DNA of 64,000 nucleotides, taken from the NCBI GenBank assembly GCA_001817425.1, contig MHII01000012.1, positions 77 to 64,076 on the forward strand. Reading direction: 5' to 3'. Of this stretch, positions 28,180-37,336 are shown in pieces. The notes beneath the pieces were generated by a model. It was not told the origin of the DNA and ran no database searches. It worked only from the letters and a program-made list of their open reading frames with translations. Origin of the DNA: Candidatus Buchananbacteria bacterium RIFCSPHIGHO2_02_FULL_39_17 (lineage in GTDB: Bacteria > Patescibacteriota > Patescibacteriia > Buchananbacterales > UBA6539). The translations under genes were made by a program, and so were the position numbers. Position 1 is the first letter of the stretch, and each line of letters starts with the position of its first letter.

Positions 28180-29640
28180 ATGAAAATTAATATCGATCCA
28201 AAAGCTGAATTATTTGAGTGGGGGCCAATTGACGGTAAGTTAATTTATACGGATTATTTTAACGTTGCTTTTACTGAATATGCTAATAAAGTTTTTATTA
28301 GTTGGCCTGATATTTTATGGATTGGGCTTAAAGAAAAGGTAACGTGTATTATTGACTATGCTGAATTGAGAAAAAGCGGTGAAAGGAATTTTAAGGCTTT
28401 TATCTTAAACGATAAAAAATTCAAAAATAATTTTATTTGGTGGCAGAAGGCAGTAAAATCACTTTTAACTTTTCAAAAAAATATCAGTCAGAAATCATTA
28501 AAAAAAATGAGTCAAGAACAATTGGCCGACTGTTATGATCAATGGGCAAAATTATTTCTTGATTTTTGGACAATTGGCGAACTGCCAGAGCTAGCAGGTT
28601 GGGGTGGTGAGGTGATTTTAAAAAAGGCTTTAGAAAAATCAGTGCCAGAAAAATATCTCAGCACGGCTTTCGAAAAATTATTTGCCTTAGAAGAGCTTTC
28701 TTTTTACCAAAAATCGGAATTAGATTTATTAAAAATTGGCAAATTTTTGAATAATAAGTCAGTATTAGAAAACCAACTTGAGAATTATCAAAAAAATCAT
28801 TTTTGGATTTTAAATAGTTATTATCATACTAAAATTTTAAACAAAAATTATTTTAAAAATGAACTGCTTAATTATTCACCAAAGCTACGTAAAGAAAAAA
28901 TAGAGGAATTATCGGATTTGCCAAAAAAGGCAATGAAAGAAAAAAATAGAATTGCCAAAATATTTCAGCTAGATAAAAAAACTCTTAAAATAGCTAAACG
29001 CCTTAGTTTTTGTATGTGGTGGCAAGATTCGCGCAAGTTTTATATCTTTTTAGCTAATTATTATATTGATTTATTTTTAAAAGAATTTTCCAGTCGATTT
29101 AAAATTAATTTTGATGATTTACATTATTATAATTGTTACGAAATTTTAGATTTAGCTAAAAAAGGTAAAAAAATACCGACAACAGAAATCAAAAAACGTT
29201 ATAATAATTTGGTTGTTTATTACTCTAAAAATTATAACTCCTTAAAATATGTTTTTGGAAAAGAGGCGGCGGCAGTTACTTCAAAGTTTTTAAACGTTAA
29301 GGTTGATAAAAACATCGCCGAATTAAAAGGAGTGGTTGTGAGTCGTGGTCGCACTATTAAGGCTATAGTCAAGATCTTAACCAGCCCGTCTCAAGCTGAT
29401 AAGCTTAAGGAAGGCGAGATTTTAGTGGCGCCGATGACTTCCCCTGACTATATTTTGGCCATTAAAAAGGCCAGTGCCATTATTACCGATGTTGGTGGCA
29501 TGACTTCTCATGCCGCAGTGGTATCACGTGAATTAGGTATACCCTGTATTGCTGGAACAAAGATTGCCACAAAAGTTCTTAAAGATGGAGATTTGGTCGA
29601 GGTAAATACCAATAATGGAATAATCAAAAAATTAAAATAA
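28180..29640 (+). CDS. PEP-utilizing-enzyme mobile (phosphohistidine swivel) domain protein with a large unknown N-terminal domain
   Basis: The C-terminal ~90 aa carry GGMTSHAAVVSRELGIPCIAGT, the PEP-utilizers phospho-His motif. The N-terminal ~380 aa is helical with no recognised motif. Confidence 0.55.
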   Translation: MKINIDPKAELFEWGPIDGKLIYTDYFNVAFTEYANKVFISWPDILWIGLKEKVTCIIDYAELRKSGERNFKAFILNDKKFKNNFIWWQKAVKSLLTFQKNISQKSLKKMSQEQLADCYDQWAKLFLDFWTIGELPELAGWGGEVILKKALEKSVPEKYLSTAFEKLFALEELSFYQKSELDLLKIGKFLNNKSVLENQLENYQKNHFWILNSYYHTKILNKNYFKNELLNYSPKLRKEKIEELSDLPKKAMKEKNRIAKIFQLDKKTLKIAKRLSFCMWWQDSRKFYIFLANYYIDLFLKEFSSRFKINFDDLHYYNCYEILDLAKKGKKIPTTEIKKRYNNLVVYYSKNYNSLKYVFGKEAAAVTSKFLNVKVDKNIAELKGVVVSRGRTIKAIVKILTSPSQADKLKEGEILVAPMTSPDYILAIKKASAIITDVGGMTSHAAVVSRELGIPCIAGTKIATKVLKDGDLVEVNTNNGIIKKLK

Positions 29641-29648
29641 TTAATGAT

Positions 29649-30491
29649 ATGAAAAAGTTAACTGATTTAATATTAAAAAAAGCTAAGAAACAAAGAAAAA
29701 GAATTGGTATTGGAATTATAAAAATTGATAATGAAATTTTAACCAGCTTAAACAAAGCAAAGAAAATAGTTGATGTGGTTATTTATGGCAGAAAAATTCC
29801 TGGTCTTAATTGTATAGAATTTTTCGACTACGGTAAGGCAGCTAGACAGATGGTCAAAGATTTCAAGGAAGAAAAAATTGATCAATTCGTTCGAGGTCAA
29901 TTTGATGATTTTTATGTTACTGATGAATTTAAAAGACAATTTAATATTAATCCAAGGGAGAAAAGAATTGACGTGAGTTTTATGGAGGATGCAAGTGGGT
30001 GGCAATTTTTTATAACTGGTATATCAAATCCTGACCTCAACGATTTAAAAGATAAAATCAGAGTAATTACTGGTTTAACCGGTTGGCTTAAGAAGCAATT
30101 TGATCTGGAATTAAAAGTAGCAGCGATGGCAACTTGCCGGCCCGGCAGTTATGGTAAAAATAAAGAAATGGATAAAACTTATGATGAAGCTGAGGCAGTA
30201 GCAAAATATTTGAAAAGAAGAAATATTAATACTAGAAATGTCAATATAGAAATAGAAGAAGCTAAAAAATGGGGAGCTAACCTTGTTTTACCGGCGAGGG
30301 GAATGATTGGTAATCAGATTTTTAGAACCATTTTGTATCTAGGCGGCGGCAAAAATTATTTTTGTCCAACGATTTTTTCGGGCAAAGGAGTTTATGCCGA
30401 CAATTCACGGAATGAAAAAGATTGGTTTTATCATTTAATTTTTGCCCAGTATTTGGCGAATTATAAAAATTATGAAAGACAATCGGATTAA
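29649..30491 (+). CDS. Phosphate acetyl/butyryltransferase (PTA_PTB) family protein
   Basis: The C-terminus ANLVLPARGMIGNQIFRTILYLGGG...DNSRNEKD follows the PTA pattern (D/N-L-V...GN...G..D.SR). The N-terminus RIGIGIIKIDNEIL resembles PTA. Confidence 0.45.
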   Translation: MKKLTDLILKKAKKQRKRIGIGIIKIDNEILTSLNKAKKIVDVVIYGRKIPGLNCIEFFDYGKAARQMVKDFKEEKIDQFVRGQFDDFYVTDEFKRQFNINPREKRIDVSFMEDASGWQFFITGISNPDLNDLKDKIRVITGLTGWLKKQFDLELKVAAMATCRPGSYGKNKEMDKTYDEAEAVAKYLKRRNINTRNVNIEIEEAKKWGANLVLPARGMIGNQIFRTILYLGGGKNYFCPTIFSGKGVYADNSRNEKDWFYHLIFAQYLANYKNYERQSD

Positions 30492-30502
30492 ACTGATTAT
30501 TT

Positions 30503-31477
30503 TTGGCTCGCAATGACAAAATAAAAACTATGTCCAAATTCATCAAGCCATTTTCTCAACTTTCCAAAACCGACGTGAAAATTGCTGGCGGCAAGGGTGC
30601 GTCTTTAGGTGAGATGACGCATGCCAAAATTCCAGTGCCGCCAGGCTTTGTTGTATTAGCCCAAGCTTTTGACCGGTTTTTAGCGGAAACTGATTTAGTC
30701 GTGGAAGTGGAAGCGAATTTAAACAAAATAAATTATAAAGACACAAATTCCATTAACAAAGCATCAAATGTGATTCGCGATTTGATTCATGACTCAAAAA
30801 TGCCGCTTGATTTGCAAAAAGAAATTTTAGCGGAATTTAAAAAATTAAAAGCGAAGCTTGTCGCCGTTCGATCATCAGCCACAGCCGAAGATTCCTCTCA
30901 AGCGAGCTGGGCCGGAGAATTAGAAACATTTTTAAACACGACTGAGAAAAATTTATTAGGCAAAGTCAAACAATGCTGGTCATCGCTTTTTACACCTCGC
31001 GCAATTTTTTATCGCTTTGAAAAAGGATTGCGTAATTCTAAAGTATCTGTGGCGGCGGTGGTCCAGCAAATGGTTGATTCAGAAATTTCCGGCATTGCTT
31101 TTACCGTTCATCCCGTGACTAAAACTAAAAGTCAAATGATCATTGAAGCTGGCTGGGGTTTGGGTGAAGCCATAGTCTCTGGCCAGATTACGCCAGACAG
31201 TTATGTCATTGATAAAACAGATTTTTCCATTTTGGATATTAATGTATCGCAGCAAACAAAAATGTTAGTCAAAAAAGGCTCGGCTGGCGGCAATGTCTGG
31301 AAGCCAGTGCCAAAAAATCAGCAAGAAGCTCAAGTGTTATCTGGCAAACAAATAATCGAGCTAGCCAAAATTTGTGCTGGCATTGAAAAACATTACAAAA
31401 AACCGCAAGACATTGAGTGGGCATTTGCTAAAGGTAAATTTTATATTACCCAAAGCAGGCCGATTACGACGCTTTAA
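30503..31477 (+). CDS. PEP synthase / pyruvate phosphate dikinase N-terminal PEP/pyruvate-binding (ATP-grasp) domain protein
   Basis: IAGGKGASLGEM...PVPPGFVV and VAVRSSATAEDSSQASWAGELETFLN match the PPDK_N signature. It is a stand-alone domain here. Confidence 0.7.
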   Translation: MARNDKIKTMSKFIKPFSQLSKTDVKIAGGKGASLGEMTHAKIPVPPGFVVLAQAFDRFLAETDLVVEVEANLNKINYKDTNSINKASNVIRDLIHDSKMPLDLQKEILAEFKKLKAKLVAVRSSATAEDSSQASWAGELETFLNTTEKNLLGKVKQCWSSLFTPRAIFYRFEKGLRNSKVSVAAVVQQMVDSEISGIAFTVHPVTKTKSQMIIEAGWGLGEAIVSGQITPDSYVIDKTDFSILDINVSQQTKMLVKKGSAGGNVWKPVPKNQQEAQVLSGKQIIELAKICAGIEKHYKKPQDIEWAFAKGKFYITQSRPITTL

Positions 31478-31497
31478 TGAAAAATAACTTCCTCTTT

Positions 31498-31545
31498 CTC
31501 CCCCTTAAATTAAGGGGGGGGGTGAGAGGGGGTTAAATTTCAAAA
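31498..31545. repeat. Hairpin element related to the DUF559-element termini
   Basis: ctcccccttaaattaaggggggg followed by gagagggggtta, cf. 11936-11959 and 61634-61656. Confidence 0.5.
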
Positions 31546-31805
31546 TGATAATTATGCAAAAAATTTGGCGGAAAAATTTTGAAATTCAGCGGAGTCATCC
31601 GCTTTTAGCTTATGATGCGCTGAAAGTGTGTTATGAATATGGCACGATTCTGCTTGGCCGCAAATTTTTTACTGAAATATTTTGGGTTAACGAAGGAGTT
31701 AATAATACCGGTACTTATTTTATTAAGAGCGAATTAAGAAAAGCTGCGGAATTGACTTTAAAAAAAATTATCCATCATTCGGGGTTGGTGAAAAAAATAA
31801 ATTAA
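31545..31805 (+). CDS. Hypothetical small protein
   Basis: ORF only, 86 aa. Confidence 0.2.
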   Translation: MIIMQKIWRKNFEIQRSHPLLAYDALKVCYEYGTILLGRKFFTEIFWVNEGVNNTGTYFIKSELRKAAELTLKKIIHHSGLVKKIN

Positions 31806-31855
31806 GCAAAATAAGTTTTAAGCAAGATAAGCGAGATAAGCAAATCAAGCTAATT

Positions 31856-32128
31856 ATGACCAAGAGATTGAATTTAAAAATACACGGATTAGTTCAGGGC
31901 GTTGGTTTTCGCTATTTAAGTCGGAAAGAAGCGGAAAAACGCGGTTTTACCGGTTCTGTCCATAATATAAGGGATGGCGGCGTGGAGATTGTCGCTGAGG
32001 GCGAAGAGACTGACTTGAAAAAATTTATTGACTGGTGCTACAATGGAGTTGGATCCGTTCAGGTTTCCAAAATAGATATTAACTGGTCCGAGGCGACTGG
32101 TGAATTCAGGGATTTTTTGATAAGATAA
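31856..32128 (+). CDS. acyP: Acylphosphatase
   Basis: IHGLVQGVGFRY and GSVHNIRDGGVEIVAEGE are the two acylphosphatase signatures. Confidence 0.8.
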   Translation: MTKRLNLKIHGLVQGVGFRYLSRKEAEKRGFTGSVHNIRDGGVEIVAEGEETDLKKFIDWCYNGVGSVQVSKIDINWSEATGEFRDFLIR

Positions 32129-32139
32129 CGTAGATAATC

Positions 32140-32595
32140 ATGAGAAAGATTATGAAAGTAATTTTATTAAAAAATGTTTCAAATCTTGGAGAAGAAAACG
32201 AGATTAAAGAGGTGGCCATGGGCTATGCTCGTAATTTTTTATTTCCCCAAAATTTAGCAATTGAGGCGACGCCACAAGCCCTGGCTCAATTAGAAGAAAA
32301 AAAAGCTAAACAGGAAAAAGAGGCCGAGGCGGATTTAGCCGCCGCCGAAGCTTTAGCCCAAAAGATTGACGGTGAAAGTTTTGAAATTAAAGTTAAAGCG
32401 AGCGGAGCCGGGACTTTATATGCGGCGATTGCTCCGGCGAAAATTGTTTCAATCTTAAAGGCCAAGGGTTTTTCAGTCAGGCCAAATCAAATTATTTTAA
32501 AAACAGCGATGAAAGAAGTCGGCGAATACGAAGCTTTAATCCAATTAGATCACGGCTTAGAAGCCAAAGTGACATTAATTGTTAGTACTGAATAA
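32140..32595 (+). CDS. rplI: 50S ribosomal protein L9
   Basis: [40 protein letters not shown] is the L9 N-domain. ~150 aa. Confidence 0.85.
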   Translation: MRKIMKVILLKNVSNLGEENEIKEVAMGYARNFLFPQNLAIEATPQALAQLEEKKAKQEKEAEADLAAAEALAQKIDGESFEIKVKASGAGTLYAAIAPAKIVSILKAKGFSVRPNQIILKTAMKEVGEYEALIQLDHGLEAKVTLIVSTE

Positions 32596-32645
32596 TAGAG
32601 ATAAAAATTAGCTTTTTAGCTTCCTTAGCTTTTTAGGTAAAAAAT

Positions 32646-32684
32646 CTACAAGCTACAAGCTACAAGCTACAAGCTACAAGCTAA
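32646..32684. repeat. Tandem heptamer (ctacaag)x5 immediately upstream of the pyrG start
   Basis: ctacaagctacaagctacaagctacaagctacaagcta ends 4 bp before the pyrG ATG. The same ctacaagct motif lies upstream of GT4 (10686-10705) and at the edges of the in-frame palindromic elements in murD and fpg. Confidence 0.8.
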
Positions 32685-32688
32685 AACT

Positions 32689-34317
32689 ATGTCCAAATTT
32701 ATTTTTGTCATGGGCGGGGTGATGTCTGGAGTGGGTAAGGGCGTGACTGCCTCATCAATTGGTAAAATTCTTCAGGCCCGCGGTTACCAAGTGACAGCGA
32801 TCAAAATTGATCCATATATTAATGTTGACGCCGGCACCATGAATCCGACTGAACATGGTGAAGTTTTTGTGACTGAAGACGGCGATGAAACCGATCAAGA
32901 TATTGGCCATTATGAACGGTTTTTAAATACCAATATTTTGCGGGACAACTACATGACCACCGGTCGGGTTTATCAGTCAGTCATTGCTCGCGAAAGAAAT
33001 TTAGAATATGGCGGTAAATGCGTGGAAGTCGTGCCGCACATCCCCGAAGAAGTTATCGCCCGCATCAAAAAGGCCGGCACCAAAGCCAAGGCCGATATTA
33101 CCATCATTGAAATTGGCGGTACGGTTGGCGAGTACCAAAACATTTTGTTTTTAGAAGCGGCAAGAATGATGCATTACCGTACCCCGAAGGATGTTTTAAT
33201 AATTTTGGTGAGTTTTTTGCCGATTCCGGGCACTTTAGGCGAGATGAAAACCAAGCCGACCCAGTACGCGGTCCAGCAGCTAAATTCCGCCGGCATCCAG
33301 CCGGATTTTATTGTTTGCCGCTCGGCCAAGCCAATTGACGGCCCGCGGCGCAAAAAACTTTCAATTTTTTGCAACATCCATGAAACTGACGTGATTTCCA
33401 ATCCGGACGTTGATTCAATTTATGAAGTACCGTTGGTTTTAGAAAAAGAACGTTTGAGTGATAAAATTATCAAAAAACTTGAACTAAAAGCTAAAACTAA
33501 AGATTTGAAAGAATGGCAGAAAATGGTTCGGACATTAAAAACCGCCAGCAAAATAGTAAAGATTGGCATTGTGGGCAAATATTTTGCCACGGGCGATTTT
33601 ATTTTGCCTGATTCTTATATTTCTGTCATTGAATCCTTGAAACATGCCGCTTGTGCCGATAAAGTGAAACTAGTCATTGATTGGATTAATTCTGACGCCT
33701 ATGAGAAAAGTCCGTCCGCCGTTAAAGAGCTTAATGGTTATGATGGTATTGTCGTGCCCGGTGGTTTTGGCAGCCGAGGGGTTGAGGGAAAAATTTTAGC
33801 GATTAAATACGCTCGGGAAAATAAATTGCCGTTTTTGGGACTTTGCTACGGGATGCAGCTCGCCTCCATTGAATTTGCTCGAAACGTCGCCAAGCTGCCT
33901 GACGCTCACACGACCGAAATCAAGCCTAATGCTAAAAATCCGATTATTCATATTATGCCGGATCAGGCAGAAAAGTTAGCCCATAAAAATTATGGCAATA
34001 CCATGCGCTTGGGCGCTTATCCCTGTGTTTTAGATAAAGATTCCGTTAGTTTTAAGGCGTACGGTAAAAACCGGATTAGCGAGCGCCACCGTCATCGCTA
34101 TGAATTTAATAATGACTATCGAGCGCGCTTAACTAAAAAAGGTTTATTACTCGCCGGTCTTTCGCCAGACAAAAAATTAGTGGAAATTATTGAAATCAGC
34201 GGTCATCCATTTTTTGTTGGCACCCAGTTTCACCCGGAATTAAAATCGCGCCCGTTAGCGCCCCATCCACTATTTAAAGCGTTTATCGCCGCGGCCAAAG
34301 CAAGAATTAAGAATTGA
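32689..34317 (+). CDS. pyrG: CTP synthase
   Basis: MSKFIFVMGGVMSGVGKGVTASSIGKIL, a GATase domain with GLCYGMQL, ~542 aa. Confidence 0.95.
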   Translation: MSKFIFVMGGVMSGVGKGVTASSIGKILQARGYQVTAIKIDPYINVDAGTMNPTEHGEVFVTEDGDETDQDIGHYERFLNTNILRDNYMTTGRVYQSVIARERNLEYGGKCVEVVPHIPEEVIARIKKAGTKAKADITIIEIGGTVGEYQNILFLEAARMMHYRTPKDVLIILVSFLPIPGTLGEMKTKPTQYAVQQLNSAGIQPDFIVCRSAKPIDGPRRKKLSIFCNIHETDVISNPDVDSIYEVPLVLEKERLSDKIIKKLELKAKTKDLKEWQKMVRTLKTASKIVKIGIVGKYFATGDFILPDSYISVIESLKHAACADKVKLVIDWINSDAYEKSPSAVKELNGYDGIVVPGGFGSRGVEGKILAIKYARENKLPFLGLCYGMQLASIEFARNVAKLPDAHTTEIKPNAKNPIIHIMPDQAEKLAHKNYGNTMRLGAYPCVLDKDSVSFKAYGKNRISERHRHRYEFNNDYRARLTKKGLLLAGLSPDKKLVEIIEISGHPFFVGTQFHPELKSRPLAPHPLFKAFIAAAKARIKN

Positions 34318-34336
34318 GATAAAATAATTTATAACA

Positions 34337-34372
34337 GTAGAGACGCACAATTGTGCGTCTCTACTTTGTTTT
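34337..34372. terminator. Bidirectional intrinsic terminator between pyrG and rpmA
   Basis: Perfect 12-bp stem gtagagacgcac-aatt-gtgcgtctctac followed by a T-run. Confidence 0.6.
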
Positions 34373-34377
34373 CATTA

Positions 34378-34662
34378 TTATTTTTTGGTCGGAATTATGT
34401 TAACAAATTGAGCCGGCTTAAGTTTGCCGGTGAATCTTTTGATTTTTTTTTGATTAAATTGAATAAAGCCGCCAATGGCAGCATAAAGCGTGTCATCAGT
34501 GCCTTTTTTAACATTTTTTCCCGGTCTGAATTTAGCGCCTCGTTGGCGAACTAAAATACTGCCCGCTTGAGCAAACTCACCGGCAAAAAGTTTAATGCCT
34601 AATCTTTGGGCTTGAGAATCGCGTCCCAGGGCGGTTGAGCCGCCGGCTTTTTTATGAGCCAT
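34378..34662 (-). CDS. rpmA: 50S ribosomal protein L27
   Basis: [29 protein letters not shown]...[13 protein letters not shown] is the L27 signature. It has a C-terminal extension and no adjacent rplU. Confidence 0.9.
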   Translation of the reverse strand: MAHKKAGGSTALGRDSQAQRLGIKLFAGEFAQAGSILVRQRGAKFRPGKNVKKGTDDTLYAAIGGFIQFNQKKIKRFTGKLKPAQFVNIIPTKK

Positions 34663-34768
34663 ATTTAAAAAATTAAAAATTAAAATCTAAAATTTGAAAT
34701 ATGTTTTTAATATTATACCAAATCAACAAAATTGTCAAGAAGTTTTGATTAATATATACTGGAAAAGT

Positions 34769-35659
34769 ATGAAATTTAGATATTTTTTATTCATTTTAAC
34801 ATCATTTTTGTTATTAGCTGGTTGTCAATATATTAGTCGAGATAGGGCTAAAATAGAGCCAATAAGCCAAGATAGAGTAACACAGCAAGATAAGCGAGAT
34901 CAACCCACCTCTGCTGAAGCTTCGGTGGACAAGCAAGATAAGGCGCCAACTTCAGTGTCGACTTCTTTAACTCCGGTTTTAAATCAGCCTAATCAAAGAA
35001 ATTCTCAAGTAAAGACAGAAGAAGAAAAAGATCCAGTGCCGTCGGTAGAAATACCGGAATTATTAGTAAGTTTTTTAGACTATCCAGTGCCGTTTGCGCC
35101 GCAAGCGCCATATGGTGTTTGGGATGCTTTGCACCAAGAGGCCTGTGAAGAAGCGTCCATGATTATGGCAAAAGCTTATTTTAAAAACGAGAGTTTAAAT
35201 TCTCATTTAATGGAGCAAGAGATTTTAAATTTAATAAAGTGGGAGAAAGAAAATGGTTATCAAATTGATGTTTCTGCGGCAGAGGTAATAAAAATTTTGG
35301 GCGAATATTTTAGCCTTAAGGCAGAATTAGTCAGTGAGGTGACGGTGGAAAACATAAAAAGTCAGCTTCGGGCGGGAAAATTAATTATCGTGCCGGCGGC
35401 TGGCCGCAAATTAGGTAATCCTTATTTTCGTCAGCCCGGGCCGATTTACCATATGCTTTTGATTCGGGGTTTTGATGAAGCCAAAGGTGAATTTATTGTC
35501 AATGATCCTGGAACCAAACGGGGCGAAGCTTACCGCTATTCTTATCAAAAATTAATTTTGGCGGTTGCTGACTGGGATCACGAATTGGGCGGTGATGGTA
35601 TGTCGGAATTGGAGATGGCACAAGGCAGAAAAGTGATGATCGTGGTGAGTAAAAATTAG
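34769..35659 (+). CDS. Putative lipoprotein with a C39-like (papain-fold) peptidase domain
   Basis: Signal and lipobox-like MKFRYFLFILTSFLLLAGCQ. The C-terminal region with a conserved Cys/His context resembles peptidase_C39-like domains. Start taken at ATG 34769. Confidence 0.35.
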   Translation: MKFRYFLFILTSFLLLAGCQYISRDRAKIEPISQDRVTQQDKRDQPTSAEASVDKQDKAPTSVSTSLTPVLNQPNQRNSQVKTEEEKDPVPSVEIPELLVSFLDYPVPFAPQAPYGVWDALHQEACEEASMIMAKAYFKNESLNSHLMEQEILNLIKWEKENGYQIDVSAAEVIKILGEYFSLKAELVSEVTVENIKSQLRAGKLIIVPAAGRKLGNPYFRQPGPIYHMLLIRGFDEAKGEFIVNDPGTKRGEAYRYSYQKLILAVADWDHELGGDGMSELEMAQGRKVMIVVSKN

Positions 35660-35865
35660 ATTTTTACATTTTTTTTAATTTTAAAAGTGAATAAAGTTTC
35701 GGTGGGCAGGGCATCAGACCCTGCCCACCGACCAAAGGAGTATCCTCCTTTGGAATCCTCTTATGATTAGTGTTCGCTCGCTACCGCTCGCTCACAGATT
35801 TTATTATTGACTCCGCCTCATCCCTGCGGCAGAGACCGCAGGGTATTCGGCGGATTTGCATAATA

Positions 35866-35903
35866 AAATAAGCGAAGTCTTTATCCTTCGCTTATTTTAT
35901 TAT
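35866..35903. terminator. Bidirectional terminator hairpin in the convergent gap
   Basis: aaataagcgaag-tctttatc-cttcgcttattt stem-loop, with T-runs on both sides. Confidence 0.5.
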
Positions 35904-35915
35904 AATAATTTTTAA

Positions 35916-36242
35916 CTAGTTTGTTGGTGGAGCCAATTCAACTTTAAAGGTAATGGCAAAAGGGTTTTTAATTTCTGACCAACTGATATTTTTTTTGCTG
36001 GTTTTTGCTTCAATAGCGGCTAGGGCCTCATTAACTTTTTTTAAATCAATTGTATCGGGAGCGACTTCTTGTTTTAATAATATAATTTCTTTTGATTGGG
36101 CAATGGTTTGATAAAGATTATTATAGAGAAAATAGCCAAGCAACGTCAAAACGCCGATAATCATGATTAAAATTATCAAATAAATATACTTTAGAGAAAA
36201 AATAATTGGCGCAATTTTTATTTTTGGTAATTTTAATTTCAT
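35916..36242 (-). CDS. Hypothetical single-TM protein, last gene of the pilus assembly operon (PilP-like position)
   Basis: 108 aa with one TM helix. Lies downstream of pilO in the operon. Confidence 0.3.
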   Translation of the reverse strand: MKLKLPKIKIAPIIFSLKYIYLIILIMIIGVLTLLGYFLYNNLYQTIAQSKEIILLKQEVAPDTIDLKKVNEALAAIEAKTSKKNISWSEIKNPFAITFKVELAPPTN

Positions 36243-36245
36243 AAA

Positions 36246-36809
36246 TTAATTTTTGGTGGTAGTTTTTGAGAGAGAATAAATTTCTCCCGCCAGATTAGTA
36301 TTGATTATTTCCGGATTATTTCTATTAGCTGATTGGTTGCTAAAAGTGATGGCGGAAACATTAAAATAATATTTAAGGTTTTGTAAATCGCTTAAGTATT
36401 TTAAAGTATTAAGAAAACTACCTGTGGCATTAAGGGTCAAGGGGAGTGGTGAATAAAACTTTTTTTCCAAAGTTTTGTCTTGAGTGGGCTGAAGCTTAAT
36501 TATTTGGCTTAAGCCGTTTGCCGCGGCCACCCGCTCCAAAGCCGTAATAAATTCTAATTCTTCTCCTTCTTTAATGAAAGCGGCAGCCAATTTTTCTTGC
36601 TGGGGTTTAATTTTTTCGAAATCTTGAATAGTTTTTTTGAGGAGTTGCCCTCGAAGATATTTTTTTTCTAAATCAACTCTTTCCTGATAGACGGCATCAC
36701 TAATTTTTTTAATATCCCGGATTGTTGGTAAAATGATAAAATAAACAACAATAAAGGTAACACTTAAAACAGCGGCAACGGAAATAATTATTTTTCTTTT
36801 AACGCTCAT
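36246..36809 (-). CDS. pilO: Type IV pilus assembly protein PilO-like
   Basis: N-terminal TM helix followed by a coiled-coil. Position after pilM and pilN. Confidence 0.5.
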   Translation of the reverse strand: MSVKRKIIISVAAVLSVTFIVVYFIILPTIRDIKKISDAVYQERVDLEKKYLRGQLLKKTIQDFEKIKPQQEKLAAAFIKEGEELEFITALERVAAANGLSQIIKLQPTQDKTLEKKFYSPLPLTLNATGSFLNTLKYLSDLQNLKYYFNVSAITFSNQSANRNNPEIINTNLAGEIYSLSKTTTKN

Positions 36810-36811
36810 AA

Positions 36812-37336
36812 CTACGGTTTAATATTAATTGTTGCCTTAAAAGTAAAGTCGACATTGTCTTTTTTGAGCAAATTCTCTAAGGGGATGGCGACTTCCGCGA
36901 AAAGATTTGATTCTTCAAAATTTTCTTTTAACTGAATGAGATTTTGGCGAGTTTTGGCTAAACCCGTAATTAAAATTTTATTGTCTTTAATACTTAAATT
37001 GTATAAGCCAACATCAGCGGGGATGAGCTGGTTTAATTGTATAAAAAATTCTACCCAATCATGATAATTTTTCTGGATACTAATAACGGCACCGAGGTCT
37101 TGATTAAATTCTTTAATATCTTTATTAAAAATATTGGCATAACGGGTGGTCATTGTTGTTTGCGCAACGATTTGATTAAAATGGTTTTGCAGAATTAATT
37201 TAGTCATCAATAAAGCAATCGCGATAATAATTGTGATTAAAAGAATTAAGATGATTAAATCTTTAATCATCAGGTAAAGTTGGGTGAGGTGAAATTCTTG
37301 TTTTTTTACCGGTGGCAATAAATTAAGAGTGATCAT
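36812..37336 (-). CDS. pilN: Type IV pilus assembly protein PilN-like
   Basis: Short cytoplasmic N-terminus, one TM helix and a periplasmic domain. Overlaps the pilM stop. Confidence 0.5.
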   Translation of the reverse strand: MITLNLLPPVKKQEFHLTQLYLMIKDLIILILLITIIIAIALLMTKLILQNHFNQIVAQTTMTTRYANIFNKDIKEFNQDLGAVISIQKNYHDWVEFFIQLNQLIPADVGLYNLSIKDNKILITGLAKTRQNLIQLKENFEESNLFAEVAIPLENLLKKDNVDFTFKATINIKP

